NCBI GenBank assembly: GCA_018652625.1
Contig: JABIBT010000018.1
Span: 4,566-68,565 of the forward strand
Reading direction: 5' to 3'
Source: Candidatus Woesearchaeota archaeon
GTDB taxonomy: Archaea > Nanobdellota > Nanobdellia > SCGC-AAA011-G17 > PNOQ01
Length of the DNA: 64,000 nt
In this document: positions 28,645 to 39,283 of the stretch, piece by piece
Numbering within the stretch: position 1 is the first letter of the stretch
Layout of the letters: every line of letters begins with the position of its first letter
Program-made: the position numbers and the translations under genes
Notes under the pieces: model-generated
What the model saw: the letters and a program-made list of their open reading frames with translations, nothing else
What the model was told of the DNA's origin: nothing
Databases searched by the model: none

Positions 28645-29943
28645 ATGGAAACACTTTACTCACTAAGAAAAAGATTATTAGAAAAAGGAGCTGAAGATAT
28701 AGTTCTTACTAAATCAGAATCAGATGAATCCATGATTAAATTTGTAAACAACAAGATAGTAAAAACGGGTTTAGAGACAACTCATTCTATAGATATTTTT
28801 GTAGCTAAAGATAAAAAATTAGTAGCTACCTCATTAAAAGAATTTGATGAAAATTCCATAAACAAAATGGTACAAAAAATAATAGAATTTCTAAAAGCCT
28901 CACAAAAAAATAATTCTTACGTAACAATACCCGAAAATAAATTCAAATATCCAAAAATAGAAAATAGTTATGATTCCAAAATAAAAGACTGTGACCCCGT
29001 AGAGATTGTAAACACATCAATCAATGAAGCTTTAAAAAATGCAAAAAGAACGGCTGGAACCTTCCAAAGCTCAACAGGAAAAGTTTCAATTTTAACTTCA
29101 ACAGGGATAGAACAAGAAGATAAGTCTTCTTCATTGTATTTATCTTTGAGAGCGTTTGCAACAAAAGAAGCATCAGGGCATAAAACAGCAACATCTTCAA
29201 TCTTTAAAAAGTTCAATTATGAAAAAGCAGGAGAACAAGCAGGAGAAATAGCAAAACAAGCCTTAAATCCAGAAGAAGGAAAATCAGGAGAGTATGATGT
29301 TGTATTTTCACCATTGGCATTTGCTTCAATCTTAGATAACCTTGGAGAAGCTTCTTCTATTTTTAGTGTAGAATCTGGAATGTCTTTTTTACAAGAAAAA
29401 TTAAATGAAAACTTAGGTAACTTCAATTTAATTGATGATGGAACTTTAAATAATGGAGTAGGATCTTCTAAATTTGATGCAGAAGGACATCCAACCCAAA
29501 GAACAGAAGTAATTAAGGATGGAGTTTTAAAAACATATTTACATAATACTTCTTCTGCTAGTAGATACAAAACAAAATCAACTGGTAACGCCGGAATTAT
29601 TTCTCCTTCACCAACTAACTTAATTTTAGAAGGAAAAGAAGGAAATCCATTTAATATTGACAAGGGAATATACGTTTCGAACGTATGGTATACGCGTTTC
29701 CAAAATTATACTACTGGAGATTTTTCAACAATTCCTAGAGATGGAATGTTTATGATTAAAAACGGAGAAATTGATAAACCAATAAAAAATCTAAGAGTTT
29801 CTGAAAATGTTTTAAACATGTTAAAAAATATTTCTCTTTTTGGAAAAGATAAAGAACAAATTACTTCTTGGGAAGCCTCAATACCTTGTAATCTAGCTCC
29901 ACTATTAATAAAAAAAGTTAGAATGACAAAACCAACTGCGTAA
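28645..29943 (+). CDS. pmbA: TldE/PmbA-family protein (partner of TldD)
   Basis: 432 aa with the TldD/PmbA fold pattern. It lacks HExxH, as expected for the TldE subunit. Confidence 0.65.
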   Translation: METLYSLRKRLLEKGAEDIVLTKSESDESMIKFVNNKIVKTGLETTHSIDIFVAKDKKLVATSLKEFDENSINKMVQKIIEFLKASQKNNSYVTIPENKFKYPKIENSYDSKIKDCDPVEIVNTSINEALKNAKRTAGTFQSSTGKVSILTSTGIEQEDKSSSLYLSLRAFATKEASGHKTATSSIFKKFNYEKAGEQAGEIAKQALNPEEGKSGEYDVVFSPLAFASILDNLGEASSIFSVESGMSFLQEKLNENLGNFNLIDDGTLNNGVGSSKFDAEGHPTQRTEVIKDGVLKTYLHNTSSASRYKTKSTGNAGIISPSPTNLILEGKEGNPFNIDKGIYVSNVWYTRFQNYTTGDFSTIPRDGMFMIKNGEIDKPIKNLRVSENVLNMLKNISLFGKDKEQITSWEASIPCNLAPLLIKKVRMTKPTA

Positions 29944-29952
29944 ATTACTTTT

Positions 29953-30195
29953 TTAACTATTCTTCTTAAAAAAAGACTTAGTCATGCTAGTAATCCAAGA
30001 CCAATGTAAAATTAAATGAATTAAAACAAGAATTCCCATTGCAATGCCGCTTAAATCATGAATCTTATCTATATTCTGGAAATAAAAATCTCTTAATCCA
30101 AATGGAGGAAACTTAATTATTCCAGTAACAAAAACTAACAAGAAGGATATAAACAACCCAATATCTATAAAATAATTTAATTTTGCTTTATTCAT
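29953..30195 (-). CDS. small membrane protein
   Basis: 80 aa with two hydrophobic helices. Confidence 0.3.
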   Translation of the reverse strand: MNKAKLNYFIDIGLFISFLLVFVTGIIKFPPFGLRDFYFQNIDKIHDLSGIAMGILVLIHLILHWSWITSMTKSFFKKNS

Positions 30196-30235
30196 ATCTA
30201 CAACCTCTCTTTACTATTTATAAATTATGTGGATA

Positions 30236-30436
30236 TTACGTCCATTTAACATCTTTAAAATTATATTTAGTAGCAACTAAAATCACATCTACTAACCACC
30301 AAATTCCAAATCCGCCAAATGTAACTAGCTTTAACAAACCAGTTCCTATTTTGCCCATAATAAATCGGTCAACACCAAGGCTCCCAAAAACTACAGACAT
30401 AATAAGAGTCAATGTCCAATCAACTTTTCTTGCCAT
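30236..30436 (-). CDS. TM2-domain membrane protein
   Basis: 'GSLGVDRFIMGKIGTGLLKL..FGGFGIWWLVDVI' matches the TM2 (NINE) domain consensus. Confidence 0.5.
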   Translation of the reverse strand: MARKVDWTLTLIMSVVFGSLGVDRFIMGKIGTGLLKLVTFGGFGIWWLVDVILVATKYNFKDVKWT

Positions 30437-30459
30437 ATTATCTAATCTATTTAATTGGT

Positions 30460-31851
30460 TTATAAATATTTCCTAATCAACTCAGAAACAACCCTGCCTT
30501 CAACTTTTCCCCTATATTTATTCATAACAATTCCCATCAAAGCACCAACTGATAATTTTTTATTCTTCTCCACAATTGCTTTAATATCTTTTTCTAAATC
30601 TTTAAAATCAATTTGTTTATACTTGGACATGTCAATTTTCTTCTCTTGAGCAATATCAGTTAAAACTTCAAATGCACTTTCTTTGTTTAAATTCCCATTA
30701 TCCAAATTCTCTAAAACTAATATAAAATCATCTTTTGAGAAATAATAATCTAAATTAAATCTTTTTTTGATATCTTTAGGCATTTCAACTAAAACAGAAG
30801 CAATTAGATTCTTGTCTAAACTATATTCAAATTCATCTAAAAAAATTCCATCCTTAACTAAAATTCTTGCTAAATCCGGATTTACACCTTGTTTCTCTAA
30901 CTTCAAAACTTTTTCATCTAATAATTCAGGAAGTTCAATACTTTTCAATAATTCTTTAGTAATCAAGATGGGTTTAACGTCAGTTTCTGGATACATTCTA
31001 GCAGCTCCAGGCATCGGTCTCAAAAATGATGTAGAAAAATCAGATTCAGCTTTCCTAACTTCTTTTTTAACATTTCCCTTACTTTGTCTTTTAACTTCAT
31101 TCTCAATAATCTTAATCATACTTCTTAAATCTTGAAAACCTTTTATTTCAACTCTATTTCCATTTTTAATAGAAACATTAACATCTTGCCTGATAGTTCC
31201 TAAACCTCTTTTAACTTTGGCAGTACTACGTAAAATCATTCCTAATTTCTCTGCTGTTTCTTTTGCATGCTCAGGATCTTTAATATCTGGATCCGTAGCA
31301 ATCTCAATTAAAGGAATTCCCAATCTATCTAATCTAAAAGTAACTGAGTTTTTATCATCTTTAATTCTTCTTGCTGCATCTTCTTCAACAGCAACAGAAG
31401 CAATTCCAACTTTTCCTTTTGAAGTTCCTAAATAACCACCATAACCAACTAAAGCCGTCCTCTGAAAACCAGATGTATTAGAACCATCAACAACAACTTT
31501 CCTCATAACTTGGATTTCATCAACTAACTTACATTTTAACAATAAACAAACCTGTAAAACAATCTCTAAAGCGTCTTCATTCATATCGTGTGGCGGCTCT
31601 TCATCATATTCAACAGAACAATTACTATCCTTATATCCTTGATAAATAAATTCTTTATCTTTACTAGTTTCATACTCTGCAGCAACATCTTTCTTTCCAG
31701 ATTCTCCTTCCGAAGATCTTAATTTTCTTTTAATTAAAATATCTGGCTTTTCATCTCTAAGAATAGAAGGACAAGAACAAAATAGTTTATTAGTTTCTAA
31801 TTGCTGATGTATCTCCAAACCAGCCTTAAACTTAAGTTTCTTATAATCCAT
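30460..31851 (-). CDS. gatE: Glu-tRNA(Gln) amidotransferase subunit E (archaeal)
   Basis: 'GLEIHQQLETNKLFCSCPS', 'DEEPPH', 'VVDGSNTSGFQRTALV', 'VEEDAARRI', 'FRLDRLGIPLIEI', and a C-terminal YqeY/GatB-like tail 'GALMGIVMNKYRGKVEGRVV'. These are GatE-specific blocks. Confidence 0.8.
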   Translation of the reverse strand: MDYKKLKFKAGLEIHQQLETNKLFCSCPSILRDEKPDILIKRKLRSSEGESGKKDVAAEYETSKDKEFIYQGYKDSNCSVEYDEEPPHDMNEDALEIVLQVCLLLKCKLVDEIQVMRKVVVDGSNTSGFQRTALVGYGGYLGTSKGKVGIASVAVEEDAARRIKDDKNSVTFRLDRLGIPLIEIATDPDIKDPEHAKETAEKLGMILRSTAKVKRGLGTIRQDVNVSIKNGNRVEIKGFQDLRSMIKIIENEVKRQSKGNVKKEVRKAESDFSTSFLRPMPGAARMYPETDVKPILITKELLKSIELPELLDEKVLKLEKQGVNPDLARILVKDGIFLDEFEYSLDKNLIASVLVEMPKDIKKRFNLDYYFSKDDFILVLENLDNGNLNKESAFEVLTDIAQEKKIDMSKYKQIDFKDLEKDIKAIVEKNKKLSVGALMGIVMNKYRGKVEGRVVSELIRKYL

Positions 31852-31893
31852 TAATTAAAAATATATTAAGTAACTTTTAAAACTAACTGTTCT

Positions 31894-32499
31894 CTAAAAA
31901 AAAGAACTAAAAAAAGGTTGTTTTATTTTATCTACAGCTTCTACACCTACTTCCCAGGACATTGCCTCTTCATAGAAAACGGCTTCAGAAGACATAGGAT
32001 CTCCCCAATCTTCATTCATATGAATCCAATCATTTCCACCATAGCAATAGAACTTTGTAATCTCTCCTCCATGTCCCCACCAATCAAAAATATATACTCT
32101 AAATTTTAAGGTATCTTGATTCCAACATTCAGGAAAGTCAGACATACTATAATTTACATACGCCGGGGTTCCATAATCTGGATGAGATCCACCTTTCAAT
32201 TGCCATTTACTAGAGCTCAAAGCACCAGTGGGTTTTTCATAATCTAAATAAAGAGTCATTTCTGTTATCAATGGTCCGGGGGGGTAAGAATCTGGATCCA
32301 TGATTGAAAGTCTAATATTTGTATCCCAATCTCCATCCGTCATATTGTAACAATAACTCTCATTTCCAAAAGGATAAGTCTCACAATTTGAAAGATTTGC
32401 ATCTTCTTGATATATTGATTCAGTATTTCCTAAAGAATAAACAAAACTACTCATAGAAACAAACAGAACCAATAAAAAAATAATTGATTTATATTTCAT
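31894..32499 (-). CDS. secreted hypothetical protein
   Basis: Signal peptide 'IIFLLVLFVSMSSFVYS'. Trp/Asp-rich mature part. Confidence 0.4.
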   Translation of the reverse strand: MKYKSIIFLLVLFVSMSSFVYSLGNTESIYQEDANLSNCETYPFGNESYCYNMTDGDWDTNIRLSIMDPDSYPPGPLITEMTLYLDYEKPTGALSSSKWQLKGGSHPDYGTPAYVNYSMSDFPECWNQDTLKFRVYIFDWWGHGGEITKFYCYGGNDWIHMNEDWGDPMSSEAVFYEEAMSWEVGVEAVDKIKQPFFSSFF

Positions 32500-32561
32500 C
32501 TTAAATAGGGGAGTGTACAGCTACTTAAAAAACTAACTAAAAAAAGAGACAAGAGGAATGA

Positions 32562-32981
32562 TTACCTCTCATAAGGACCATTTCCAGAAGCAAATCCTCT
32601 TCCAGATGAACCTTTCTGTCTCATTTTATTACCAAAGCCAGTTCCATCTTTTGGACCTTCTCCATTATGTAGACCTAACTCTGCTCTTAGCCTAGTCGCA
32701 GTTTCATAATCTCCATTTTCTGCTGCTTCATGAGCCAATACAAATGTTTCAAAATTTTCTTCTGAGACAACATCTAAAACTCTAGGATTTCTCCCACTTT
32801 CAGACATTAGTTCTATCCATGCATCATAATCTAAGGAATCAAATACTTCCTCCATTTCTGCATGTCTGTCTTCAGAATAGTTTGGACCTTCTTTTGTATA
32901 ATCTCCTTGGTATGCGCTAACAAATCCTGTCATTGCAATTAAACCAATCAAAAACACAACCGCAATATTTGTTTTTTTCAT
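32562..32981 (-). CDS. secreted hypothetical protein
   Basis: Signal peptide 'IAVVFLIGLIAMTGFVSA'. Acidic helical mature region and a Gly-rich tail. Confidence 0.4.
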   Translation of the reverse strand: MKKTNIAVVFLIGLIAMTGFVSAYQGDYTKEGPNYSEDRHAEMEEVFDSLDYDAWIELMSESGRNPRVLDVVSEENFETFVLAHEAAENGDYETATRLRAELGLHNGEGPKDGTGFGNKMRQKGSSGRGFASGNGPYER

Positions 32982-33103
32982 TTTTCTTTTACCTCCTTAA
33001 TTTTTATTTAGTATGATATAAATTCTTTATAAGTCGGGTGGACCTAAAGTCCATGCTATTTAAAAACGCTTAAATAACCATTTTATACACTAAGATTTGT
33101 AAA

Positions 33104-33781
33104 ATGCAACAGCAATTAATGGGCAGAATGGTCCAAATGGGATTAGGGGCAGAGTTAATCTACGCATTCATAATTATAATAAGTAGTTTAATGATTTATT
33201 TTGGTACAAAAGAATTGTACGAACTAACTAAATACAAAGGAATAAAATATTTCCGAGAAGCATTTCTGTTATTTGCAATCGCATTCTTCTTTAGATCTTT
33301 TATAAAATCCATAATGATTCTTTTCGGGTTAAGTAGGCCCCATGATTTTCAATTGTTAGGAATAGTTTCTTTATTCATATTTTTGTATACAATCACTCTT
33401 GCTATGTTTTATTTACTCTATAGCATAATGTGGAAAAAATGGAGAAAATCTCCAAAAATAATTTACTTATTTCATATTTTGGCAATCTTAATAGCTATTT
33501 TGAGTTTAATCACAGGGAATATCACGATAATTTTGTTGGTAAATATATTGCTCTTAATCTTGATTTTAAGTATAACTTACATCGCTCATAAAAATCCAAG
33601 AAAGAAAGGACAGAGTATACACTTAATTTATGTTTTATTATCTCTCTTTTTAATTTTAAATGTTATAGATATACTAATACCAAATTTCTTACAGTTATAT
33701 CAATTAATGATATATTTGCTTTCCATAGGAATATTTTTGTTAATTTTTTACAAAGTACTTAAAAAATCTGGTTCGGACTAA
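33104..33781 (+). CDS. polytopic membrane protein
   Basis: About six hydrophobic helices. Confidence 0.45.
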   Translation: MQQQLMGRMVQMGLGAELIYAFIIIISSLMIYFGTKELYELTKYKGIKYFREAFLLFAIAFFFRSFIKSIMILFGLSRPHDFQLLGIVSLFIFLYTITLAMFYLLYSIMWKKWRKSPKIIYLFHILAILIAILSLITGNITIILLVNILLLILILSITYIAHKNPRKKGQSIHLIYVLLSLFLILNVIDILIPNFLQLYQLMIYLLSIGIFLLIFYKVLKKSGSD

Positions 33782-33782
33782 A

Positions 33783-34046
33783 ATGAAAAAAAGAAGTAAA
33801 TTTGAAATCATGAAAGATATTTTACAAACAGTTCAGAATAATCCAGATATAAAAACAACACCATTGTTAAGAAAATCTAACTTATCTACTTTAAGATTCA
33901 AACAATATTATGAAGATTTATTAAAAAAAGAACTAATAAAAGAAACCGAAAATAAAGGAAAGTTTGTTAATTTAACAGAAAAAGGTTTTAGATTCTTAGA
34001 TAAATATAAAACAATTTTAAACTTTATTGACGAGTTTGATCTGTGA
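33783..34046 (+). CDS. small winged-helix DNA-binding protein
   Basis: 87 aa with a helix-turn-helix-like centre. Coupled to the upstream membrane gene (1-nt gap). Confidence 0.35.
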   Translation: MKKRSKFEIMKDILQTVQNNPDIKTTPLLRKSNLSTLRFKQYYEDLLKKELIKETENKGKFVNLTEKGFRFLDKYKTILNFIDEFDL

Positions 34047-35016
34047 TTTCAGTCTCAACGTTCTCTAAATTGAAATAACCACTTGAGAAATTATAAGCAC
34101 CAGCATTCAAAAAAACAATCTTATCCCCAACCCTAACTTCTTTATCAAAATAAACTTTATATCTAAATATATCCAAAGAATCAGGAGTTATTCCTTTAAT
34201 TGTATAACAAAAACCTTTTTCTCTTTCATCTTCAACTAACAATCTAATATTAGCAACGAAAGTATCCATTGCAGAATTATATACAGAAGCATCCACAATT
34301 ATATTATTATCATAAACATTAACAACTTCAGTTTCTAACCTTATTGAAGGAGCCGCAATAAACCTACCTGGCTCAATTATCATCTTAATCTTTTTAGCAT
34401 TCAAAAACTCTCTTAATTCTTTAATCTTAGTAAAAATATGTTCTGAGACCTCTTTCCTAAAATTCTTATACTCTGCAGGAATTCCGCCCCCAATATTAAC
34501 TAAATCTAATAAAGAAAAATCTTCAATAGAATCTTCTAACTCTTCTTTCAAATTCCACTCTGAAACATTTTGAGTCTTTCTATGGAAATGTATTCCTAAT
34601 TGCTTTATATTTTTATTATTCCTTAATTTTGGAAGTAGGTTATTTATTTCTTTACTTGAAAAACCAAAAACAAAATGCTTCCCTGTATGAATTGTATGTT
34701 CTCTCAATCTAAACCTTAATAATAAGTTTATTTTTCTATCTTCTTTTAACAATAAATTTAAATCATTAATATTATCCACAACAAAATTATCGACTTCTTT
34801 TGGAATTTCTTTATTTCCCTGTAGAAAAAACCAAACATTCTTAGAATTTACTTGTTTTAAATTATTAACAGAATGAATACTCAAAAAACAATTATCTTGT
34901 AAGATCTTTCCTATTTCTGGATTGCTCTTAAAAGAATATGAAATTTCATCAGCTAAGGATTTCATTATCTCCAACTGTTCGAATACTTGCTTTTTACTTA
35001 GTATAAATTTTGCCAT
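34024..35016 (-). CDS. fold-type III PLP-dependent decarboxylase (Orn/DAP/Arg decarboxylase family), compact
   Basis: 'SFKSN' (PLP-Lys context), 'NIGGGIP' (Gly-rich loop), 'EPGRFIAAPS' (the EPGR motif), and a C-terminal 'NAGAY'. Confidence 0.5.
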   Translation of the reverse strand: MAKFILSKKQVFEQLEIMKSLADEISYSFKSNPEIGKILQDNCFLSIHSVNNLKQVNSKNVWFFLQGNKEIPKEVDNFVVDNINDLNLLLKEDRKINLLLRFRLREHTIHTGKHFVFGFSSKEINNLLPKLRNNKNIKQLGIHFHRKTQNVSEWNLKEELEDSIEDFSLLDLVNIGGGIPAEYKNFRKEVSEHIFTKIKELREFLNAKKIKMIIEPGRFIAAPSIRLETEVVNVYDNNIIVDASVYNSAMDTFVANIRLLVEDEREKGFCYTIKGITPDSLDIFRYKVYFDKEVRVGDKIVFLNAGAYNFSSGYFNLENVETEITDQTRQ

Positions 35017-35066
35017 GATTTTAGAGTAAGCATAACCCTTTTAAAGATTGTTTTTGAGTTTAGATT

Positions 35067-35270
35067 ATGAAAAAATCAAAAAAAGACATGAAATGCAATG
35101 TCAAAGATCACGGTTGTGGAGGAGCATTATATTTCGTAGGATTTATTGGGGCAGCCGTTTATTACATCTCAACAGCAACTTCATTTTGGGGAGGAGTTTT
35201 GGGGGTAATAAAAGCAATTGTTTGGCCAGCATTTTTAGTATTTGAAGCAATGAAATTTTTCGTGATGTAA
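35067..35270 (+). CDS. small membrane protein
   Basis: 67 aa with two hydrophobic segments. The overlapping frame 35048..35245 is rejected. Confidence 0.3.
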   Translation: MKKSKKDMKCNVKDHGCGGALYFVGFIGAAVYYISTATSFWGGVLGVIKAIVWPAFLVFEAMKFFVM

Positions 35271-35537
35271 ATAAAAACACATTTAGATTGTAGTACTTGC
35301 TAAATACATTATCAGAAAGAAGATTATCCCAACTAAGTACCAATATTTTACAAGGAAAGAATTAAATTTTGGATATTTATTATAATTCTCTTTTATTAAT
35401 TTAACTTTTGAAGGATTTTTTATTCTATAAGATACAGCAAAACGCAAACCAAGAGCAAAAACCATTGCTAGAATCAAAGATTGCATAAATTCAAAAACCA
35501 TAACAACTTCTAATTTTATAACTATTTAAAACTTACT

Positions 35538-36035
35538 CTAAACAGAAACACAACAAATGTTAGGCGAAATAAAGCCTGTAACATCTCCTACATTTTTTTC
35601 ATCTTCTAAACAAGTATCTCCCCCAACTACATTAACTATTCTTCCACCAAAATTTTCACATTCTTCAGGAGTTAGAGAAGTTTCTTTTACTTCCCAATCT
35701 TCAAGAGTTACCTTAATCCTATCTTTGCCTTTTTCTATTTCAACCACAAAACAACCCGGGCATCTTGCAGAAACAACTTCAATGATTGTAATGCCTTTTT
35801 CATAACCTAAAAATTCAACTGCTATCTTTGCAGCATCTTTCTGATTTTCATTTAATTCCCATTCCCTTAAACAAGCGTTAACATCTTCATTATAACTATA
35901 TCCTGCTGGACCTAAACAACCATTTTCATCTCTTTCTCCACCAACCGGATTTACTTCAACTCTACGTTGGACAGTTAGTAATAAGCCTAGAATGATTAGT
36001 ATAAGTATAATAACAAAGATAGTTATTTTTTTCAT
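35538..36035 (-). CDS. secreted Cys-rich protein
   Basis: Signal/TM 'ITIFVIILILIILGLLLTV'. About 10 Cys. Confidence 0.4.
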   Translation of the reverse strand: MKKITIFVIILILIILGLLLTVQRRVEVNPVGGERDENGCLGPAGYSYNEDVNACLREWELNENQKDAAKIAVEFLGYEKGITIIEVVSARCPGCFVVEIEKGKDRIKVTLEDWEVKETSLTPEECENFGGRIVNVVGGDTCLEDEKNVGDVTGFISPNICCVSV

Positions 36036-36658
36036 AAATCAAACACCTCATAGTCCGTTAAAAGTTTAGTTATTCTTGAATCGGCACAGCTCCCAAAACA
36101 ATCTTCCTCAGTCACACAATGGGAAGTCTCACATTCAATTATCCTAGGTTTAATATTACAATTTTCTTCCACCCAGCCAGTATTAACATATAATCCACGA
36201 ACTTCTTCCCCATTAATCATAAAATACTCATATTCCCTTCTAGCAACCTCTCCAGTAGAAATATCACCATTAAGGTAGGTTACATATCCTCTGTCTTTTA
36301 TCCATTCTTCCGGACAAATTTTTAAATTAGTATATTCAACATCACAACAACAAAGTTTATCTTGTTCTATACAATCCCTTGTTGACCCTCCTGCCCGCGA
36401 TACTTGATTTTTCAAAAGTCCGCACTGCCTTAAACTACAATGCTCCCCAGAAAACTGCTTATTTTCTTCTTGAGACCAAATAGTTTTTGTACACATCTGT
36501 TCACAAGTCAAATCGCCCACCTCGTAGCAAGTATCTGGATCATCTATTAGTTTTATACATTCAGCAGATGAGGGATTGTGGATTTGAGTACAACTAGAAA
36601 TAAAAGTCAAAATAACTATAAAAAAAATCATTACTCTATATTTTCTATACATTTTCAT
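36032..36658 (-). CDS. secreted Cys-rich protein
   Basis: Signal peptide followed by ~20 Cys. Overlaps the downstream gene by 4 nt. Confidence 0.4.
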   Translation of the reverse strand: MKMYRKYRVMIFFIVILTFISSCTQIHNPSSAECIKLIDDPDTCYEVGDLTCEQMCTKTIWSQEENKQFSGEHCSLRQCGLLKNQVSRAGGSTRDCIEQDKLCCCDVEYTNLKICPEEWIKDRGYVTYLNGDISTGEVARREYEYFMINGEEVRGLYVNTGWVEENCNIKPRIIECETSHCVTEEDCFGSCADSRITKLLTDYEVFDL

Positions 36659-36706
36659 AACTAAATCAAATAAAACTAATATAAAAAGATTTGCAAGACT
36701 TTAAAC

Positions 36707-37202
36707 TTATTTCTTCGAATAAATCATGTATTCAATTATTAATGTAAATACTGGAAACAAAACACTCAAAAGAATTGAACTATCTTTTCCAATGCTTGTA
36801 GTTTCTAACAAAAAGAATACTATTAAACCTAAGGTTATTGCTTGCAAGATTCCAAATATCCAAAATATATTTTTATTTGTCATTTTTTTCCTTTCTTAAA
36901 AAAGGTTTTTTGTATTAAGGGATTCAGATTATAACCTAATCCAAATCCAATAAACAGCATTCCAATAAGCTTATTGCTACCTAATAGGGCGATTCCCACT
37001 ACAACCAAACCCGCTCCCAATGTGTCTTGTATTTTCATTTTTCAGAAAAACCTCTCCAAAAAAGAATCCCTATAACAATTCCAATAAAAAATAAAAGTAA
37101 TGGTCCTGGTTGACGTTTAGATAATAATAATCCGGTAATTGCTATCGCCGGTGCTATTCCATACATAGCTTTCTTTGGGATTGTTATACTATTTTTTGCC
37201 AT
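36707..37202 (-). CDS. three tandem, translationally coupled small membrane-protein ORFs (58, 52 and 53 aa) below the ORF-track cutoff
   Basis: Minus-strand ATGs at 37202, 37038 and 36883, with stops at 37042-44, 36880-82 and 36707-09. ORF2's stop overlaps ORF3's start as ATGA. Each encodes one or two hydrophobic helices. Confidence 0.3.
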
Positions 37203-37203
37203 T

Positions 37204-37530
37204 TTATTTCTTTTTCAACTTCACAGCAGTACCAAAAGCTAACATTTCAGAAGCACCTTGCAAAATCATGGAAGTCATAAACCTAGCTCCAATAATTGCA
37301 TCTGCACCAAGATCAATAGCTTGATTCACCATTCTGTTAAAAGCTTCATCTCTAGCATTATTTGCCATATCAGTATAAGTTTTTATTTCTCCACCAACAA
37401 GATTCTTAAAACTAGCACCAATATCTCTACCAACATTTCTTGCTCTTACAGTACTTCCTCTAACCACTCCTAAAATCTCTCCAACGTCATTATTAGGAAC
37501 TTCATTCCCGGTTGTAACAATTATTTTCAT
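37204..37530 (-). CDS. YbjQ/UPF0145 (DUF74) family protein
   Basis: The sequence 'IIVTTGNEVPN..VGEILGVVRGSTVRARNVGRDI..FKNLVGGEIKTYTDM' matches the YbjQ family consensus. Confidence 0.65.
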   Translation of the reverse strand: MKIIVTTGNEVPNNDVGEILGVVRGSTVRARNVGRDIGASFKNLVGGEIKTYTDMANNARDEAFNRMVNQAIDLGADAIIGARFMTSMILQGASEMLAFGTAVKLKKK

Positions 37531-37727
37531 TTTTTTGCCCCCTTAATTTGTTCAATTTTATCTTCTTTATTATTGAATATTAACCAAATCCCTACGATTA
37601 ATGAAGGAACTCCATACATCAAAGTAACCCATTGACTCTCATCAATATAAAAAGAAAGAATTATTAAGAAAATTCCTAAAATTATTAATCCAATACCCGA
37701 CAATATCCTACTTGTTAAATTTGACAT
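37527..37727 (-). CDS. small membrane protein
   Basis: 66 aa with two TM helices. Overlaps the YbjQ gene by 4 nt. Confidence 0.35.
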   Translation of the reverse strand: MSNLTSRILSGIGLIILGIFLIILSFYIDESQWVTLMYGVPSLIVGIWLIFNNKEDKIEQIKGAKK

Positions 37728-37924
37728 AAATATCTTAATAAGGAGAAGTTTTTAAACCTTTTCTTAACAAAAACATATTTAAACAATCCTTCTTTACCTT
37801 AACCATGAAAATAACAAAATTCGCTCAATCTTGCATTTTACTAGAAACAAAAGGAAAAAGAAAAGAGTTAAATATAAAAAGCCTTCCGAAAAAATGTCAG
37901 CTCGACGGCGTTTGAGTCTACAAC

Positions 37925-38200
37925 CTAACCTTCTTGTAATCTCTTAATAGGTCTATACCCATCAAAAGAATTCAAATTTTTTAAGTCTGCATAAATCTTT
38001 CCATCTAAGTCTCTAGTTTGACAGGCCACTAAAAAATTCTCTCCACTATCTAAATAATTAAAGACTACACCACCCACATATAACGGAAAAAATAATCTCC
38101 CACTTCTAACTTCTCCTAATTCAAAGGGGTCAAAATCTGCATCAATTGTTTCCCCCTCCAATCTTGGTAAGTGTGCCACATCCTCTAATGTAATTGCCAT
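37925..38200 (-). CDS. hypothetical protein
   Basis: 91-aa ORF with no motif. Confidence 0.3.
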   Translation of the reverse strand: MAITLEDVAHLPRLEGETIDADFDPFELGEVRSGRLFFPLYVGGVVFNYLDSGENFLVACQTRDLDGKIYADLKNLNSFDGYRPIKRLQEG

Positions 38201-38239
38201 GTATTTCGAGAATTATCAATCGTTTTTAAAGCTAACGAT

Positions 38240-38926
38240 TTACTCCAACAACCCCTCAGAACTCAACTCCTCCAAAACACTAACCATCACCAAAGGAAAA
38301 GTAACACTAACATCACCAATAACAGTAACAGCATCCGAATCATCTTTAATCTTACCCCAACTTTTAGCTTCATTAGTCGAAGCACCAGACATAGAACCAG
38401 AGTAAGAACTAGCAGTTGTCATATAAACAGCATAATCCAATCCACCATTCAACAAACAAGCCAAAATAGCATGATGCTTACTAATACTCCCTCCTAAAGA
38501 TATCAAACCTTTCTTCTCATCCTGTGAAGTACTAAACAATATATTACTAAAATCCTTAACTACATCAACTATAAAATCAGAATGATCCTGCTGAAACATA
38601 AACAAATGAAAACCAAAAGCCCCATCAGTCACAGCCGGACAAAATATTGGAACTTTCTTCTTAGCAGCCTGAAATAAGATAGAATCCTCATCCTCTAACT
38701 TTAAACCTATTTCATTAAATATCTCAGAAGGAGTAACTCTCTTTTTAGAAGAATAAATATCTTTCAAATAAGGTTTCATCAAATCTTCAAACTTAGCATA
38801 AGATTCTGTTCTAATAAACAAATTTCCAACCCTATTAACTCCTTTTTCATATAATTCAACATCATCCTCTGAAAAGCTTCCTATTACGAAGTCTTCATTA
38901 TGAGCTTTCATAATATCTTCTTCCAA
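38240..38926 (-). pseudogene. deoxyhypusine synthase fragment (C-terminal ~70%; N-terminal ~95 aa missing), a recent duplicate of 39284..40225
   Basis: Protein is ~95% identical to residues ~97-313 of the downstream full-length DHS. The nucleotide sequences are near-identical. The only start available is an internal TTG. Confidence 0.55.
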
Positions 38927-38955
38927 ACCACCAACAGTCGTAACAACAACAACAA

Positions 38956-39267
38956 TTAGCCAAAGTTTAACAAAATGAGCGAGAAAAAACCTATAAGTAA
39001 ATACCTAGCAATAAGGTATCCTAAAATCAAGCTTACTGCCACTAAAATAATTTTTTTTGGAGTACCACTAATACCCACTTTTATATAACTCAATATGCCA
39101 TAGAATACCAAAGCCAAACCAATAAATGGAACACCAATAATCCAATACTTAACCAAACCATTAATTAAAGGAGACTGAAAAATCCATGGCCCAACTAACC
39201 AAATAGCAACAAAACTAAAAACAAGAACTATTACTCCCCATAAAATAAATTTATTATTTGTATTCAT
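38956..39267 (-). CDS. small 3-TM membrane protein
   Basis: 103 aa. A distant paralog of 40266..40532. Confidence 0.4.
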   Translation of the reverse strand: MNTNNKFILWGVIVLVFSFVAIWLVGPWIFQSPLINGLVKYWIIGVPFIGLALVFYGILSYIKVGISGTPKKIILVAVSLILGYLIARYLLIGFFSLILLNFG

Positions 39268-39283
39268 ACACTAATTATTTATT

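Noticed and set aside
35048-35245. ORF 35048..35245 overlapping 35067..35270
   Set aside because: The two frames overlap almost entirely. The frame with two clean hydrophobic helices (35067..35270) was preferred, and the other is basic and low-complexity.
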